Assembly: GCA_944332995.1 (NCBI GenBank)
Contig: CALVKR010000007.1
Location: forward strand, 9,859-73,858
Length of the DNA: 64,000 nt
Origin: an uncultured Clostridia bacterium
GTDB lineage: Bacteria > Bacillota > Clostridia > Christensenellales > CAG-917
Direction of reading: 5' to 3'
The notes beneath the pieces are model-generated. The model did not search any database and was not told the origin of the DNA. It worked only from the letters and a program-made list of their open reading frames with translations. Below are positions 50,222 through 59,702 of this stretch, in pieces. The stretch's first letter is position 1. Each line of letters begins with the position of its first letter. The position numbers and the translations under genes were made by a program.

Positions 50222-53200
50222 CTAAGCCACCGTCGCCTTAATGAGCCACACACCGTCCGCCCCGACTCCGAATTCGTAACTTATGCCGTCTATGGCGATA
50301 AGATTTAAAGCGTTGCGCATATATGTGCCGTTAACGTTCGTTCCGTCTATAAAGGCATAGCTACCCACCTTGACCGCCACGAAAGTATCCTCGCCGTTAA
50401 GTTGCGAAAGATTATAGCTGTATATGAGCGCAAGCGCAAGCTCGGTGGCGCTGTCAATCTCCCCGTCGCCTATGACGTAGTCGCCTTTGACTAGGGTTTG
50501 GTCATAGCTTTCTTTAAGATAAGTTTTTGCAACCTTAAAATCGAGAATGTCGAAAACGTTTATACTGACGTCCGCCGCCGTCGGATAGAGTTCTATCTCA
50601 ACCGCTTTTATCTCGGAATCCGCTCCCGGGAAAGCATAGCTTATTCCCCTTTCTATATGCGCACCGTCGCCCTCGCCCGTTATATCCGCCTCTGAAAGGA
50701 AGAGGTAGTCAAACAGATACACTTCCGTTCCCGAAGTGGCTGTTTCGGGGCATTTGACGTTTGCCCAGGTAAGGTCAAAACCGTACCACTCTTTTACTCC
50801 GTCTTCGTCGGCGTCAACCAAGGCCTTGTTCCAGGCGTGGTCGCCGCCGTTTGCCGTACCGACGACTCTGACGCACGGGATATTTTCAAATCCGCACAAA
50901 AGACAGAACAGCTTTGAAATTCCGTCGCAGACGGCAAGACCGTCGAGCGCACCTTCTATATAATAGCAAGAAAGAGTCAGCGCTTTTTCCGCGGTGTATC
51001 CGGCTCCTGCCGCGGCATAATCGTAGACGACGTTGTTTGCGATATATCCGCTTATTGCGAGAAGTTTTTCGACGTCCGTCATATTATCGTCTATGATTGA
51101 AAGCGCTATCTCCCTCGCCTCGTTGTAGGCAATTTCCGCATTTGAATTAGCGCCTTCAAATATCGGACGGTAACCGTATGATACCGCTCGGTAAAGAGCG
51201 TCCGTCGTTTTGACTAAATACGTCTTTTCGTTGGAATCGATAGGCAGCGACGTCCTCTTTTCCGACGACGTGTTATATCTGCCGTCGATAAGCGGAGCGT
51301 TGACGTAGTCGTATGCTATTCCCTCTTCGACGCTTGAGGAAGTGGGAGCTTTAATTCCTTTTTCGTTATTGTATTTCAGCATTAAAATGTTATCCGAAAT
51401 GCTGTAATTTAATGGCATCGAACCGCCGCTGTAATACTGCGCCCATATATTTGAAAATACGTCGCCGAAATTGAATTCTGCATATCCAAGCTCGGAATTG
51501 AACATAAAATTCTGATTTGTCGTAAGATAGTTTACCTGCACATAGCTGAAAGCCACGCAGGCGTCAAGATGCGTTTCGAGATAATAATTGTAGGTATCCC
51601 CTTCCCACTCAAAAGTCTTTTCAACGTAGCTTTTTACCGAATTCCACTCCGTTGCCGTAAAGCAATAGACCCTCGTTATGTTTGACTTGACGTTTCCTAT
51701 CATCGCATAGATATTATTTTCGCCGTGCGACGGAGTAAACGTCAGAGTATCCAAGTTTTGGTCGACGCTGTAACCTTGCACGTCGTTGACCAACACGTCG
51801 TTGACATACCAATACACGGGAAGCGTGGCGTTATAGTCTTTTGTCGGCTCGACAACGTTTGCCGTTACCGTAACGGAAGAATACGAGCCCGTCACCTGAT
51901 TTGCTTGACCGGACGTAAGAGAAGTTGCCACCTTATCGACGGGCGAATAACTGTCGGAAACGACAAGAGTATATTCCGCCTCCTTATAGGTCGATGACGA
52001 CTTGGCGTCGTAAACTCTGACCTTAAAGACGTTCGTACCGATATCCGCCATGGTGGGCGTATATGTATATGTATCGGCGGATCGGTCGGACGAATAAGAA
52101 CCCTCTTTTTTAACCGCTCCGTTTAGATACCACACGACGTATTCCGTGCCGTTAGTGCTCGACTTGTTCCAATCGGCAAAAAGATAAACGTCGTCGCCGT
52201 CGTCAAATTTAATTTGTGCGCTCTCTCTGCCCTCTCTGTCCGTCAATGTGAGATTGTTGACCAAAGCGCTCGACGCTTTGAAATAGATATTAGAGCTGCA
52301 AAGAGTACCGTCGCAATACGCTTTAAAGACATAATAATTTTTGTCGGGTGCGGTGAAGTTTAAAATGTAATCGCTGTCGCCGTCATATAAGGTCCAACGT
52401 GCGTCGTCGGTAGACGGAGCCGACGCAAACGGCGTATCCGAAGATATATAATACCAATACGTTTCGGGATACGGATTATAGTTTGGATATCCGCTCGCCA
52501 TTTTAATATACACCTTGACTTCCTCGCCCGACGGAGCGATATAGTAGTCGATATTATTTTCCCTTTGGGTAAGAAAATCCGTCGTGCCCGTTTCAAAACC
52601 GTCTAAAGGTTTGGGCGCAATCGTCTTAGGGGAATATCTGTCGAAATATCCGAAAAACACCTCGGGCGACGTGAAAGTATATCCGTCGTAGGCAATCGTC
52701 GCATAAACCGTGGCATAATAGCCTTTGGCGCTAGGAGTGAAGGTTGCCGTATTTTTATTTGAGAGCTCATCGATTTTCACAAATTCCGCAGTCTGTCCGC
52801 TTGTCGGTTTTTCTTTTATATACCAAACCGTTTTAGCATAAGACGGCAAAACGACTTCGCCGTAGTTGAGCGTAAGTCTTATCGATTCGACGGCGTCATA
52901 CTGCAAAAGCGCGCCCGTGCAATCTATCGAAAGAGATTCTATAGGTTTGTTTTTGGCTGTAACGGTGACGGAATCGGAGAGCCTGCCGTCGTCCGTTTTA
53001 ACGGTTATGTTTGCGCTGCCGGCGAGATGCGCTTTAACGACTCCTTTTTCGTCAACTGAAATCTTTTCGGGATTGTCCGAAATAAATTTAAGCGTTTCCG
53101 TGGCGCTTGATGGAACTTTTTCCACCTCGAGCGTTAAAGACTCGCCCACGAACATGGAAATCTCGTCCGCCCCCGATATGGTGAGCGAATTGAGCCTGAA

Positions 53201-53281
53201 TTCCCAAAGTCCGCACCCTGCAAAGGCGCCGACCAAGAGTCCCAACATCAATATTATTAAAAATAATTTAAACCGTTTCAT
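50222..53281 (-). CDS. large lipoprotein with Ig-like repeats and a transglutaminase-like domain
   Basis: Lipobox FAGC, Big_2-like N-terminal domain, repeated WY..NG/WYVND beta domains, triad AVCDG, HAWN, DLTW. Start set at ATG 53281 after SD GAGGG. Confidence 0.85.
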   Translation of the reverse strand: MKRFKLFLIILMLGLLVGAFAGCGLWEFRLNSLTISGADEISMFVGESLTLEVEKVPSSATETLKFISDNPEKISVDEKGVVKAHLAGSANITVKTDDGRLSDSVTVTAKNKPIESLSIDCTGALLQYDAVESIRLTLNYGEVVLPSYAKTVWYIKEKPTSGQTAEFVKIDELSNKNTATFTPSAKGYYATVYATIAYDGYTFTSPEVFFGYFDRYSPKTIAPKPLDGFETGTTDFLTQRENNIDYYIAPSGEEVKVYIKMASGYPNYNPYPETYWYYISSDTPFASAPSTDDARWTLYDGDSDYILNFTAPDKNYYVFKAYCDGTLCSSNIYFKASSALVNNLTLTDREGRESAQIKFDDGDDVYLFADWNKSSTNGTEYVVWYLNGAVKKEGSYSSDRSADTYTYTPTMADIGTNVFKVRVYDAKSSSTYKEAEYTLVVSDSYSPVDKVATSLTSGQANQVTGSYSSVTVTANVVEPTKDYNATLPVYWYVNDVLVNDVQGYSVDQNLDTLTFTPSHGENNIYAMIGNVKSNITRVYCFTATEWNSVKSYVEKTFEWEGDTYNYYLETHLDACVAFSYVQVNYLTTNQNFMFNSELGYAEFNFGDVFSNIWAQYYSGGSMPLNYSISDNILMLKYNNEKGIKAPTSSSVEEGIAYDYVNAPLIDGRYNTSSEKRTSLPIDSNEKTYLVKTTDALYRAVSYGYRPIFEGANSNAEIAYNEAREIALSIIDDNMTDVEKLLAISGYIANNVVYDYAAAGAGYTAEKALTLSCYYIEGALDGLAVCDGISKLFCLLCGFENIPCVRVVGTANGGDHAWNKALVDADEDGVKEWYGFDLTWANVKCPETATSGTEVYLFDYLFLSEADITGEGDGAHIERGISYAFPGADSEIKAVEIELYPTAADVSINVFDILDFKVAKTYLKESYDQTLVKGDYVIGDGEIDSATELALALIYSYNLSQLNGEDTFVAVKVGSYAFIDGTNVNGTYMRNALNLIAIDGISYEFGVGADGVWLIKATVA

Positions 53282-53594
53282 CTTCCCTCTTTTAATATTC
53301 ATTCATTTTAATACTTAAGCGGCAACCTACAGCTTAAAACTCGCTTTTTGGCGTTTAAACCTTAAATTGCCTGCATTGCGCAACTTTAATCCCCTTAAGG
53401 CAAGTTTGTTTGCGGCAATTTAACGCACTCGGATTTGCCATAGTACCGATACCCTTTTGTTTTAAAGCGGTATACCGTCGGGCGGTATAATAAATAAATA
53501 TATATAATAATAAATATCAATATATAGCCGTCATATATTTTATATCATTTTGAAATTGTTGTCAATACGGGCAATATGTGGTAAAATTCGCTTG

Positions 53595-53987
53595 ATGGAT
53601 TGCATATTTGAAATTTCTCAAAAGCTCACCGAGGAAGAAGCCTTAAAACTCCCCCCTTTATCGCTTGCTTTTATAGGCGACAGCGTGCAATCGCTATACG
53701 AGCGCTCGCTCGTCACGATAGGAAGCTCCGACCCGACGGGAAAACTTCACAGCCTCGTCACCGAAAAGGTAAAGGCGGTATCGCAGGCGGACAAGGTAAA
53801 GGGGCTGATTGAAACAATGACCGAAACGGAGCAGGATTTATTCCGAAGGGCAAGAAACGCAAAAATTCACACGTCGGCAAAACACGCCGAGATAGGCGAA
53901 TACCGCTACGCCAGCGGTTTCGAGGCGGTGATAGGCTTTTTGTATCTGACCGGACAGACTCAAAGGCTTAAACTGTTTTTAAGCTGA
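53595..53987 (+). CDS. mrnC: Mini-ribonuclease III
   Basis: LAFIGDSV, V.A.SQA, RRARNA, Y..ASGFEAVIGFLYL. Confidence 0.92.
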   Translation: MDCIFEISQKLTEEEALKLPPLSLAFIGDSVQSLYERSLVTIGSSDPTGKLHSLVTEKVKAVSQADKVKGLIETMTETEQDLFRRARNAKIHTSAKHAEIGEYRYASGFEAVIGFLYLTGQTQRLKLFLS

Positions 53988-54127
53988 CAATATCGCCTCT
54001 GCCGCTGAAGCTAAAGACAATAACTCCCGCCTTAAATTTCGGAATTTAGCGATAAATTATACTGTCCATATAGGCTCAGCTGAATATTTAATTTAAATTT
54101 AAATACACAAAATAAACGCAGGAAGAT

Positions 54128-54853
54128 ATGATAGTTTACGGAAAAAACGCCGTCAGAGAAGCGCTTAGCGGCGACGACGTCATCGAGAAAGTTTTAATAG
54201 AAAAAGGGAACTTTGACAAAGCCTTAAACGATATTGTAAAACTCGCCAAAGAAAGGCGGGCAGTTTTGCAATTTGTCGACAAAGGCGCCCTCACCCAAAA
54301 GGCAGGTACCTCAAACCATCAGGGAGCCGTTTTGATAAAGGGCGAATTTGACTACTGCTCGCTTGACGATATATTGGAGCTTGCCCGGTCAAAAGGCGAA
54401 AGGGCGCTCGTGGTGATATGCGATTCTATTTGCGATCCGCACAACCTCGGCGCAATCCTGAGAAGTGCGGAATGTTTCGGAGCGCACGGCGTAGTCATTT
54501 CTAAACACAGAAGCTGTCCCGTAAACGGCACCGTCATAAAAGCGAGCGCAGGCGCTGCCGAGCATATCCTCGTTGCCAAAGTCACCAACGTAAACGACGC
54601 CATAAGAGAACTTAAAGAGCGTAGCGTCTGGGTTTATGCCACCGACTTCGACGGCGACGATATATCCAAGTGCGACCTGACGGGCGACGTTGCCATAGTC
54701 ATAGGCAATGAGGGGGACGGAATAAAAAGACTCACTAAAGAGCTTTGCGACGCAACCGTCACGATAAAACAATACGGCAAGGTAAATTCGCTCAACGCCT
54801 CGGTAGCGTGCGGCGTTGCCCTTTACGAAATAACACGGCAAAGGAATAAATGA
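54128..54853 (+). CDS. rlmB: 23S rRNA Gm2251 methyltransferase
   Basis: HQG, DPHNLGAILRSA, IGNEG.G, SLNASVA. Confidence 0.95.
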   Translation: MIVYGKNAVREALSGDDVIEKVLIEKGNFDKALNDIVKLAKERRAVLQFVDKGALTQKAGTSNHQGAVLIKGEFDYCSLDDILELARSKGERALVVICDSICDPHNLGAILRSAECFGAHGVVISKHRSCPVNGTVIKASAGAAEHILVAKVTNVNDAIRELKERSVWVYATDFDGDDISKCDLTGDVAIVIGNEGDGIKRLTKELCDATVTIKQYGKVNSLNASVACGVALYEITRQRNK

Positions 54854-55437
54854 TGGATTATTCAAAAATGTCCGACGAAGAACTTTTATCTCTTTTAAAC
54901 TCGGGAGATAAAGAAGCCACCGACGTCTTTTACAAACGTTTCGGTCCTCTCGTCACGGGGATAGCCAGAAAGTTTTACCTTTACGGCGCAGACATCGCCG
55001 ACCTCACTCAAGAGGGCATGATTGGCATTTTTAAAGGAGTCAAATCCTACGACTCGTCTAAGGGAAAACTTAAAAGTTATCTTGCCGCCTGCGTAAAAAA
55101 TCAAATTTTGGACGCCGTGCGTTCCGCAAACGCCAAGGGAAACAGCCCTCTCAATTCCGCCCTGTCGCTCAGCGTGTGGGTGGACGGCGAGGAAATCGGC
55201 GACAACCTCGAATCGGACGAGCTCACTCCCCTCGATACTTTGATAGAAAACGAAGGCAGGCTCGACTTTCTGACTCTGCTCAATTCCAAACTGACCGAAA
55301 CGGAAATAGAAATATTAAAAGGCTTTTTGGGAGGCGACAGCTATAAGGTCATTGCCTCAAATTGCGGCGTTTCCGAAAAAAAAGTGGATAATACCATAAG
55401 CAAAATAAAAAAACTTGCAAAAAAGGTAAACGCATAA
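54850..55437 (+). CDS. sigH: RNA polymerase sigma-H factor
   Basis: DLTQEGMIG, PLNSALSL, SY..IA, K.VDN. Follows rlmB as in other Firmicutes. Confidence 0.85.
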   Translation: MMDYSKMSDEELLSLLNSGDKEATDVFYKRFGPLVTGIARKFYLYGADIADLTQEGMIGIFKGVKSYDSSKGKLKSYLAACVKNQILDAVRSANAKGNSPLNSALSLSVWVDGEEIGDNLESDELTPLDTLIENEGRLDFLTLLNSKLTETEIEILKGFLGGDSYKVIASNCGVSEKKVDNTISKIKKLAKKVNA

Positions 55438-55507
55438 GAGCTTTTTGCTTTACAAAACTCTTTTTTTGTTAGATAATATTAAAGCCTTTAAGGCAGGCGA
55501 AAGCCAA

Positions 55508-55543
55508 ATCCTTGCTCGCAAGAGCCACAGACCATAAGGAGGT
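55508..55543 (+). promoter_or_regulatory. probable S6:S18 autoregulatory leader
   Basis: TCCTT pairs with AAGGA of the SD, inner hairpin GCTC-gcaa-GAGC, unpaired CC before the SD. Upstream TTTACA-17-GATAAT promoter. Confidence 0.6.
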
Positions 55544-55549
55544 ATTAAA

Positions 55550-55831
55550 ATGAATAAGTACGAAATTCTCTACATTATTCAGAACGGCATCGACGATGAC
55601 CAGAAGTCTTCAACAGTGGAAAAGTATTCCAAACTCGTTGAAACGTTAAACGGCAAAGTTGAGTCAGTCGACAAGTGGGGCACCAAAAAATACGCCTATC
55701 CTATCGACTACAAAAACGAAGGCTACTACGTTTTGATGAATTTTGAAGCCGACGACACTGTCCCGGCGGAAATCAGAAGACAAATGGGCAACGACGAAAA
55801 CGTCGTCAGAGAAATGATTATCAGAAAATAA
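55550..55831 (+). CDS. rpsF: 30S ribosomal protein S6
   Basis: MNKYEILYI, WG.K..AYPI, EGYYVLMNF. Confidence 0.97.
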   Translation: MNKYEILYIIQNGIDDDQKSSTVEKYSKLVETLNGKVESVDKWGTKKYAYPIDYKNEGYYVLMNFEADDTVPAEIRRQMGNDENVVREMIIRK

Positions 55832-55841
55832 GGGGGATAAT

Positions 55842-56234
55842 ATGAATAAAGTATTCTTAATCGGAAACTTAACAAGAGACCCTGAACTTTCATCCACCAC
55901 GAGCGGAATAAGCTATTGCAGATTTACCCTTGCCGTTTCGCGTAACTTTGCTTCTAAAGACGGAAAAAGGGAAACCGATTTTATCAACATCAGAGTTTGG
56001 AGAGCTCTCGCCGATAACTGCGCTAAATACCTTAAAAAAGGTTCCAAAGCCGCCGTTTCGGGCAGTATCCAGACGAGCAGCTATGACGGCAATGACGGTC
56101 AAAAGAAATATGTCACCGAAGTAGTCGCGGATGAAGTTCAATTTTTATCAACGAGAAACGAAACCGAGTCAAGGGATGATTCGTCTGACTTTGCCGATTT
56201 GAAACCGGTCAGCGACGACGAACTTCCGTTCTAA
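55842..56234 (+). CDS. ssb: single-stranded DNA-binding protein
   Basis: MNKV.LIGNLTRDPEL and C-terminal DDELPF. Confidence 0.97.
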   Translation: MNKVFLIGNLTRDPELSSTTSGISYCRFTLAVSRNFASKDGKRETDFINIRVWRALADNCAKYLKKGSKAAVSGSIQTSSYDGNDGQKKYVTEVVADEVQFLSTRNETESRDDSSDFADLKPVSDDELPF

Positions 56235-56246
56235 AAGGAGTTTAAA

Positions 56247-56489
56247 ATGGACGAAAAAACTATACGCCCCGCAAAAAGGGTTCAAAAGAAAAAGGCTTGC
56301 GCTTTCTGCGTGGAACATGCCGCGGATATCGATTATAAAGACGTTGCAAAACTCAAAAAGTATATCACGGAAAAAGGCAAAATCGTTCCCCGTCGTGCCA
56401 GCGGCGTTTGCTCAAAGCATCAACGTCTCCTTGCCACCGCTATCAAGCGCGCAAGACAGATGGCTTTGCTTCCTTATAAAGCAGACTGA
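56247..56489 (+). CDS. rpsR: 30S ribosomal protein S18 (Cys-containing form)
   Basis: C.FC, IDYKD, GKIVPRR, C.KHQR, AIKRAR.MALLPY. Confidence 0.97.
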   Translation: MDEKTIRPAKRVQKKKACAFCVEHAADIDYKDVAKLKKYITEKGKIVPRRASGVCSKHQRLLATAIKRARQMALLPYKAD

Positions 56490-56490
56490 T

Positions 56491-56514
56491 AAAAGAGGCG
56501 AAAGCCTCTTTTTT
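56491..56514 (+). terminator. intrinsic terminator after rpsR
   Basis: AAAAGAGGC-gaaa-GCCTCTTTTTT. Confidence 0.85.
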
Positions 56515-56573
56515 GGTTGCAAAAATTTTTCTTTTCGTTTATATTAAAGATAACTTATATTAAAGGAGTCGTC

Positions 56574-57380
56574 ATGAAACTGCCCGACGGTTACGATTTA
56601 TACAGCGTAATAGATTTAAAGACAAACAAAAAAGACAATCTTTTCGTCACGATAGGAAGCGTGGTGATTATGGCGGTTATGTTTATCGCCGCATACTTCA
56701 CCAAGGGCGTATATATTCTCGCCTCCATAGGCTGGGTAAAAATAATCATAAATATCGTCATAGCGTTTGTCGGCTCCGTCGTATATATCTTTCTGCACGA
56801 GGCTACGCACGCCGCATTTTTTAAGATATTCGACACAAAATGCAGGCTGCGCTTCGGATTTAAAGCGGCTATGGCATACTGTGCGTCGGACGGCTATTAT
56901 AAAAAAGCCCCCTACCTCGTCATCGGTCTTTCTCCTCTTATAATCTGGACGCCGATTTTGCTAATTCCCTGCCTTTTGGTTCCGTCCGTCTATTTCTGGG
57001 GCGTGTTCTTCATACAGATTTTCAACATATCGGGTGCGGCGGGCGATTTATATGTCACGGTGAAAATTCTGACGGCTCCCAAAAAAGCTCTCATTCTGGA
57101 CAACGGCACGGATATGGAAATATACGCCACCGACCTGACCAAAAAGGAAAAAGCCGAGGCGGTAGCCTTAGGTGCCGTAAACGAAAATGCCGACGCTCCT
57201 CAAAATACCGATAATCAAAGCGAGCGAAAGGAAGATATGCAACCGAGCGACGGCTACGCAAGCGAGGCTTTCGTAAATTGTGACGGCAAAGCCGAAAACG
57301 GCAAAATATCCGACGGCGCGGACAGCGAAATTGCAAACGGCGACGCAGAAATGTCTTCAGATAACGAAGGCGAAAAATGA
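56574..57380 (+). CDS. DUF3267-like membrane metalloprotease with acidic tail
   Basis: LHEATH (HExxH) in a TM context, L.P, N.SGAAGD. SD AAGGAG before ATG 56574. Confidence 0.8.
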   Translation: MKLPDGYDLYSVIDLKTNKKDNLFVTIGSVVIMAVMFIAAYFTKGVYILASIGWVKIIINIVIAFVGSVVYIFLHEATHAAFFKIFDTKCRLRFGFKAAMAYCASDGYYKKAPYLVIGLSPLIIWTPILLIPCLLVPSVYFWGVFFIQIFNISGAAGDLYVTVKILTAPKKALILDNGTDMEIYATDLTKKEKAEAVALGAVNENADAPQNTDNQSERKEDMQPSDGYASEAFVNCDGKAENGKISDGADSEIANGDAEMSSDNEGEK

Positions 57381-57495
57381 GCCTTTCGGAAAACATTTTA
57401 ATTTGTCAGTCGACTGATTTAAGACAGCCTATAGCTTAAACCTATATGGCTTGTCGTCTGAATTAAACAATAAAATTAAAATGCCTGAAAAATTT

Positions 57496-57521
57496 AAAAA
57501 GACGCAAATGCGTCTTTTTTT
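57496..57521. terminator. bidirectional intrinsic terminator
   Basis: AAAAAGACGCA-aa-TGCGTCTTTTTTT. Confidence 0.8.
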
Positions 57522-57585
57522 GTTTCCTTTTACATTTTGAGGCAAAAGCGATATGAGTTAAAACGAAAGGCTCGTCATAGCTTTG

Positions 57586-57780
57586 TCACCAATCCTCTCT
57601 GTGAGATATCTTGACGTCGTCGTAATACTCGAAATATCTTTTTTTGAAAGCCTCTGTTTCTCTTTGCTTTCTCTTTTTTTCCGCTTCCTCGGCTTTAGTC
57701 AGTTCCTTTTTGACGGGAGCTTCCTTTGCCCTGTCAAGCGGTTCCCAAAGCGGCAGATAATCAGTTTCTTTTTTTGTCAT
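57586..57780 (-). CDS. small hypothetical protein (64 aa)
   Basis: SD AAGGTG inside the end of the upstream gene, charged helical sequence. Confidence 0.6.
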   Translation of the reverse strand: MTKKETDYLPLWEPLDRAKEAPVKKELTKAEEAEKKRKQRETEAFKKRYFEYYDDVKISHREDW

Positions 57781-57958
57781 ACTTCACCTTATTTCCCTTT
57801 TCGTCAACAATATATACGTTTTCAAGCTGCGCTCTTAAATTGCCCGTCACGCTGTCGATATATTCTCTCCTGAGTTTCGCCTGTTCGGCTTTTTCCTCAT
57901 CGGTCAGACCTTCCGTTTTTGCCTTTTTTGCAAGAAAATTTATCCTTTCGATATCCAT
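57761..57958 (-). CDS. DUF896/YnzC-family protein
   Basis: RINFLAKKAK.EGLT.EE..EQ..LRREYI. Confidence 0.9.
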   Translation of the reverse strand: MDIERINFLAKKAKTEGLTDEEKAEQAKLRREYIDSVTGNLRAQLENVYIVDEKGNKVKYDKKRN

Positions 57959-58101
57959 AAACTTGACCTTTTAAATAGTTTTTCAAAACTTCTTTGTGGC
58001 TATGCAAAACAAAAGCATTATATAAAGCGTGCTTTGCCGTGTTTTGACTTATTTACCAAATTCAACTAAATTTATTTTTAACTTTAAATATACGGTTTTG
58101 A

Positions 58102-58392
58102 CTAAAACTCGATATGCTTTATATCCTCTCTTTTCGAGCGGCGATATAAAATTATCTTGTTGCCGACGGCGGCGATAGGCTCGGCGCCGAGTTTTTCCGC
58201 CAAATCGGAAAGTATATCCTTTGCGCTCTTTTCCGAGTTTTGCAACACGGAAATTTTTATGAGCTCGTATTTTTCGAGCGCATCGCCAAGGTCTGATATC
58301 ATGTTGTCGTTCAAACCGCCCTTGCCTATCTGAAATATCGGCTTTAATCCGTTTGCCATGGATTTTATTGCGGCTCTCTGTTTACTTGTCAT
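58102..58392 (-). CDS. yhbY: YhbY/CRM-domain RNA-binding protein
   Basis: MTSKQRA, QIGKGG, ELIKISVL, VG..IILYR. SD GGAGG before ATG 58392. Confidence 0.92.
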   Translation of the reverse strand: MTSKQRAAIKSMANGLKPIFQIGKGGLNDNMISDLGDALEKYELIKISVLQNSEKSAKDILSDLAEKLGAEPIAAVGNKIILYRRSKREDIKHIEF

Positions 58393-59057
58393 ACGTCTGT
58401 CCTCCAATCGACGGGCTCAAGCCCCGCCTTAACTAAAAAATCGTTGGTGCGGGAAAAAGGCTTAGAGCCGAAAAAGCCGTTATAAGCCGAAAGCGGCGAC
58501 GGATGAGCGGATTCAATAATGAGATGTGCGTCACCCTTTATAAGACTCTTTTTCGACCTTGCGTTTGTGCCCCAAAGTATGAATACCACGGGCGTAGTTT
58601 TCTCGCTTATCTTTTCTATGATTTTGTCGGTCAATATCTCCCAGCCTCTGCCCTTATGCGAATTCGGCTGTCCTGCCCTGACCGTGAGCGAGGTATTCAA
58701 AAGCAACACGCCCTGTTTTGCCCACGAGGTTAAATCGGGCGAAGTGTTTTTAACGTGCACGTCGCTTTCCATTTCCTTGAAAATGTTGACGAGCGACGGC
58801 GGCGCATCGATATCTTTCGGCACGGAAAAACACAGACCCATCGCCTGTCCCCTGCCGTGGTATGGGTCCTGCCCCAAAATGACTACCTTTACGTCTTCGT
58901 AAGGAGTAAGTTTTAAGGCGTTGAAAATATCGCCCATGGGCGGATACACCGTGGCGGAGAAATATTCCTTTTTCAAAAACTCTCTGAGCGTAAGATAATA
59001 ATCGGATTTAAACTCGTCTTTTAATATCTCGTCCCAGCTGTTGCCTATACATACCAT
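58389..59057 (-). CDS. ung: uracil-DNA glycosylase
   Basis: GQDPYH, PPSL.NI, GVLLLN, HPSPLS. Confidence 0.97.
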   Translation of the reverse strand: MVCIGNSWDEILKDEFKSDYYLTLREFLKKEYFSATVYPPMGDIFNALKLTPYEDVKVVILGQDPYHGRGQAMGLCFSVPKDIDAPPSLVNIFKEMESDVHVKNTSPDLTSWAKQGVLLLNTSLTVRAGQPNSHKGRGWEILTDKIIEKISEKTTPVVFILWGTNARSKKSLIKGDAHLIIESAHPSPLSAYNGFFGSKPFSRTNDFLVKAGLEPVDWRTDV

Positions 59058-59701
59058 TATTTCATTTTCTGCTGTTTGACCTTTTTGTCAACAACGTGTC
59101 TTTTTTCAAGTTCTGCTATGACGTCTTTGGGGGTTATCTTCATTTCCACCATTAAAACGAGAAGGTGATAGCAAAGGTCGGCAATTTCGAAGAGCGCTTC
59201 CTCTCTGCTGTTTTTTGCGCCGATTATGACCTCGGTGCACTCCTCGCCCACCTTTTTCAATATCTTTTCGATGCCCTGCTCGAAAAGATATGTGGTATAG
59301 CTTCCCTCTTTGGGACTTGTCTTTCTGCCCTCGAGTTCTTTATATAAAAGCTCGATGGAAAACTCTTTAAGCTGTTCGCTGAGATACACCTCGTCGGCAA
59401 AACAGCTTTCACGGTTGAGGTGGCAGGCAAACCCGTCCTTTATGACGTCGCAGACGAGCGCATCGTAGTCGCAGTCTGTGCGAATCGAAACTATGTGCTG
59501 ATAGTTTTTGGACGTTTCGCCTTTAAGCCAAAGCTGCTTTCTCGACCTGCTCCAAAAACAAGTGAGTCCCTTTTCCATTGATATCTTAAGGCTCTCTTTG
59601 TTCATATAGGCAAGCGTTAAAACTTCTTTGGTGTAGTGGTCTTGCACTATGCACGGGATAAGCCCGTTTTCGTCAAATTTTAAATCGTCTATCGTAATCA
59701 T
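59057..59701 (-). CDS. hisIE: phosphoribosyl-AMP cyclohydrolase / phosphoribosyl-ATP pyrophosphatase
   Basis: SRSR..LW.KGETS, DCD.D, ACH..SCF, KKVGEE, E.ADL.YH. Confidence 0.96.
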   Translation of the reverse strand: MITIDDLKFDENGLIPCIVQDHYTKEVLTLAYMNKESLKISMEKGLTCFWSRSRKQLWLKGETSKNYQHIVSIRTDCDYDALVCDVIKDGFACHLNRESCFADEVYLSEQLKEFSIELLYKELEGRKTSPKEGSYTTYLFEQGIEKILKKVGEECTEVIIGAKNSREEALFEIADLCYHLLVLMVEMKITPKDVIAELEKRHVVDKKVKQQKMK

Positions 59702-59702
59702 A

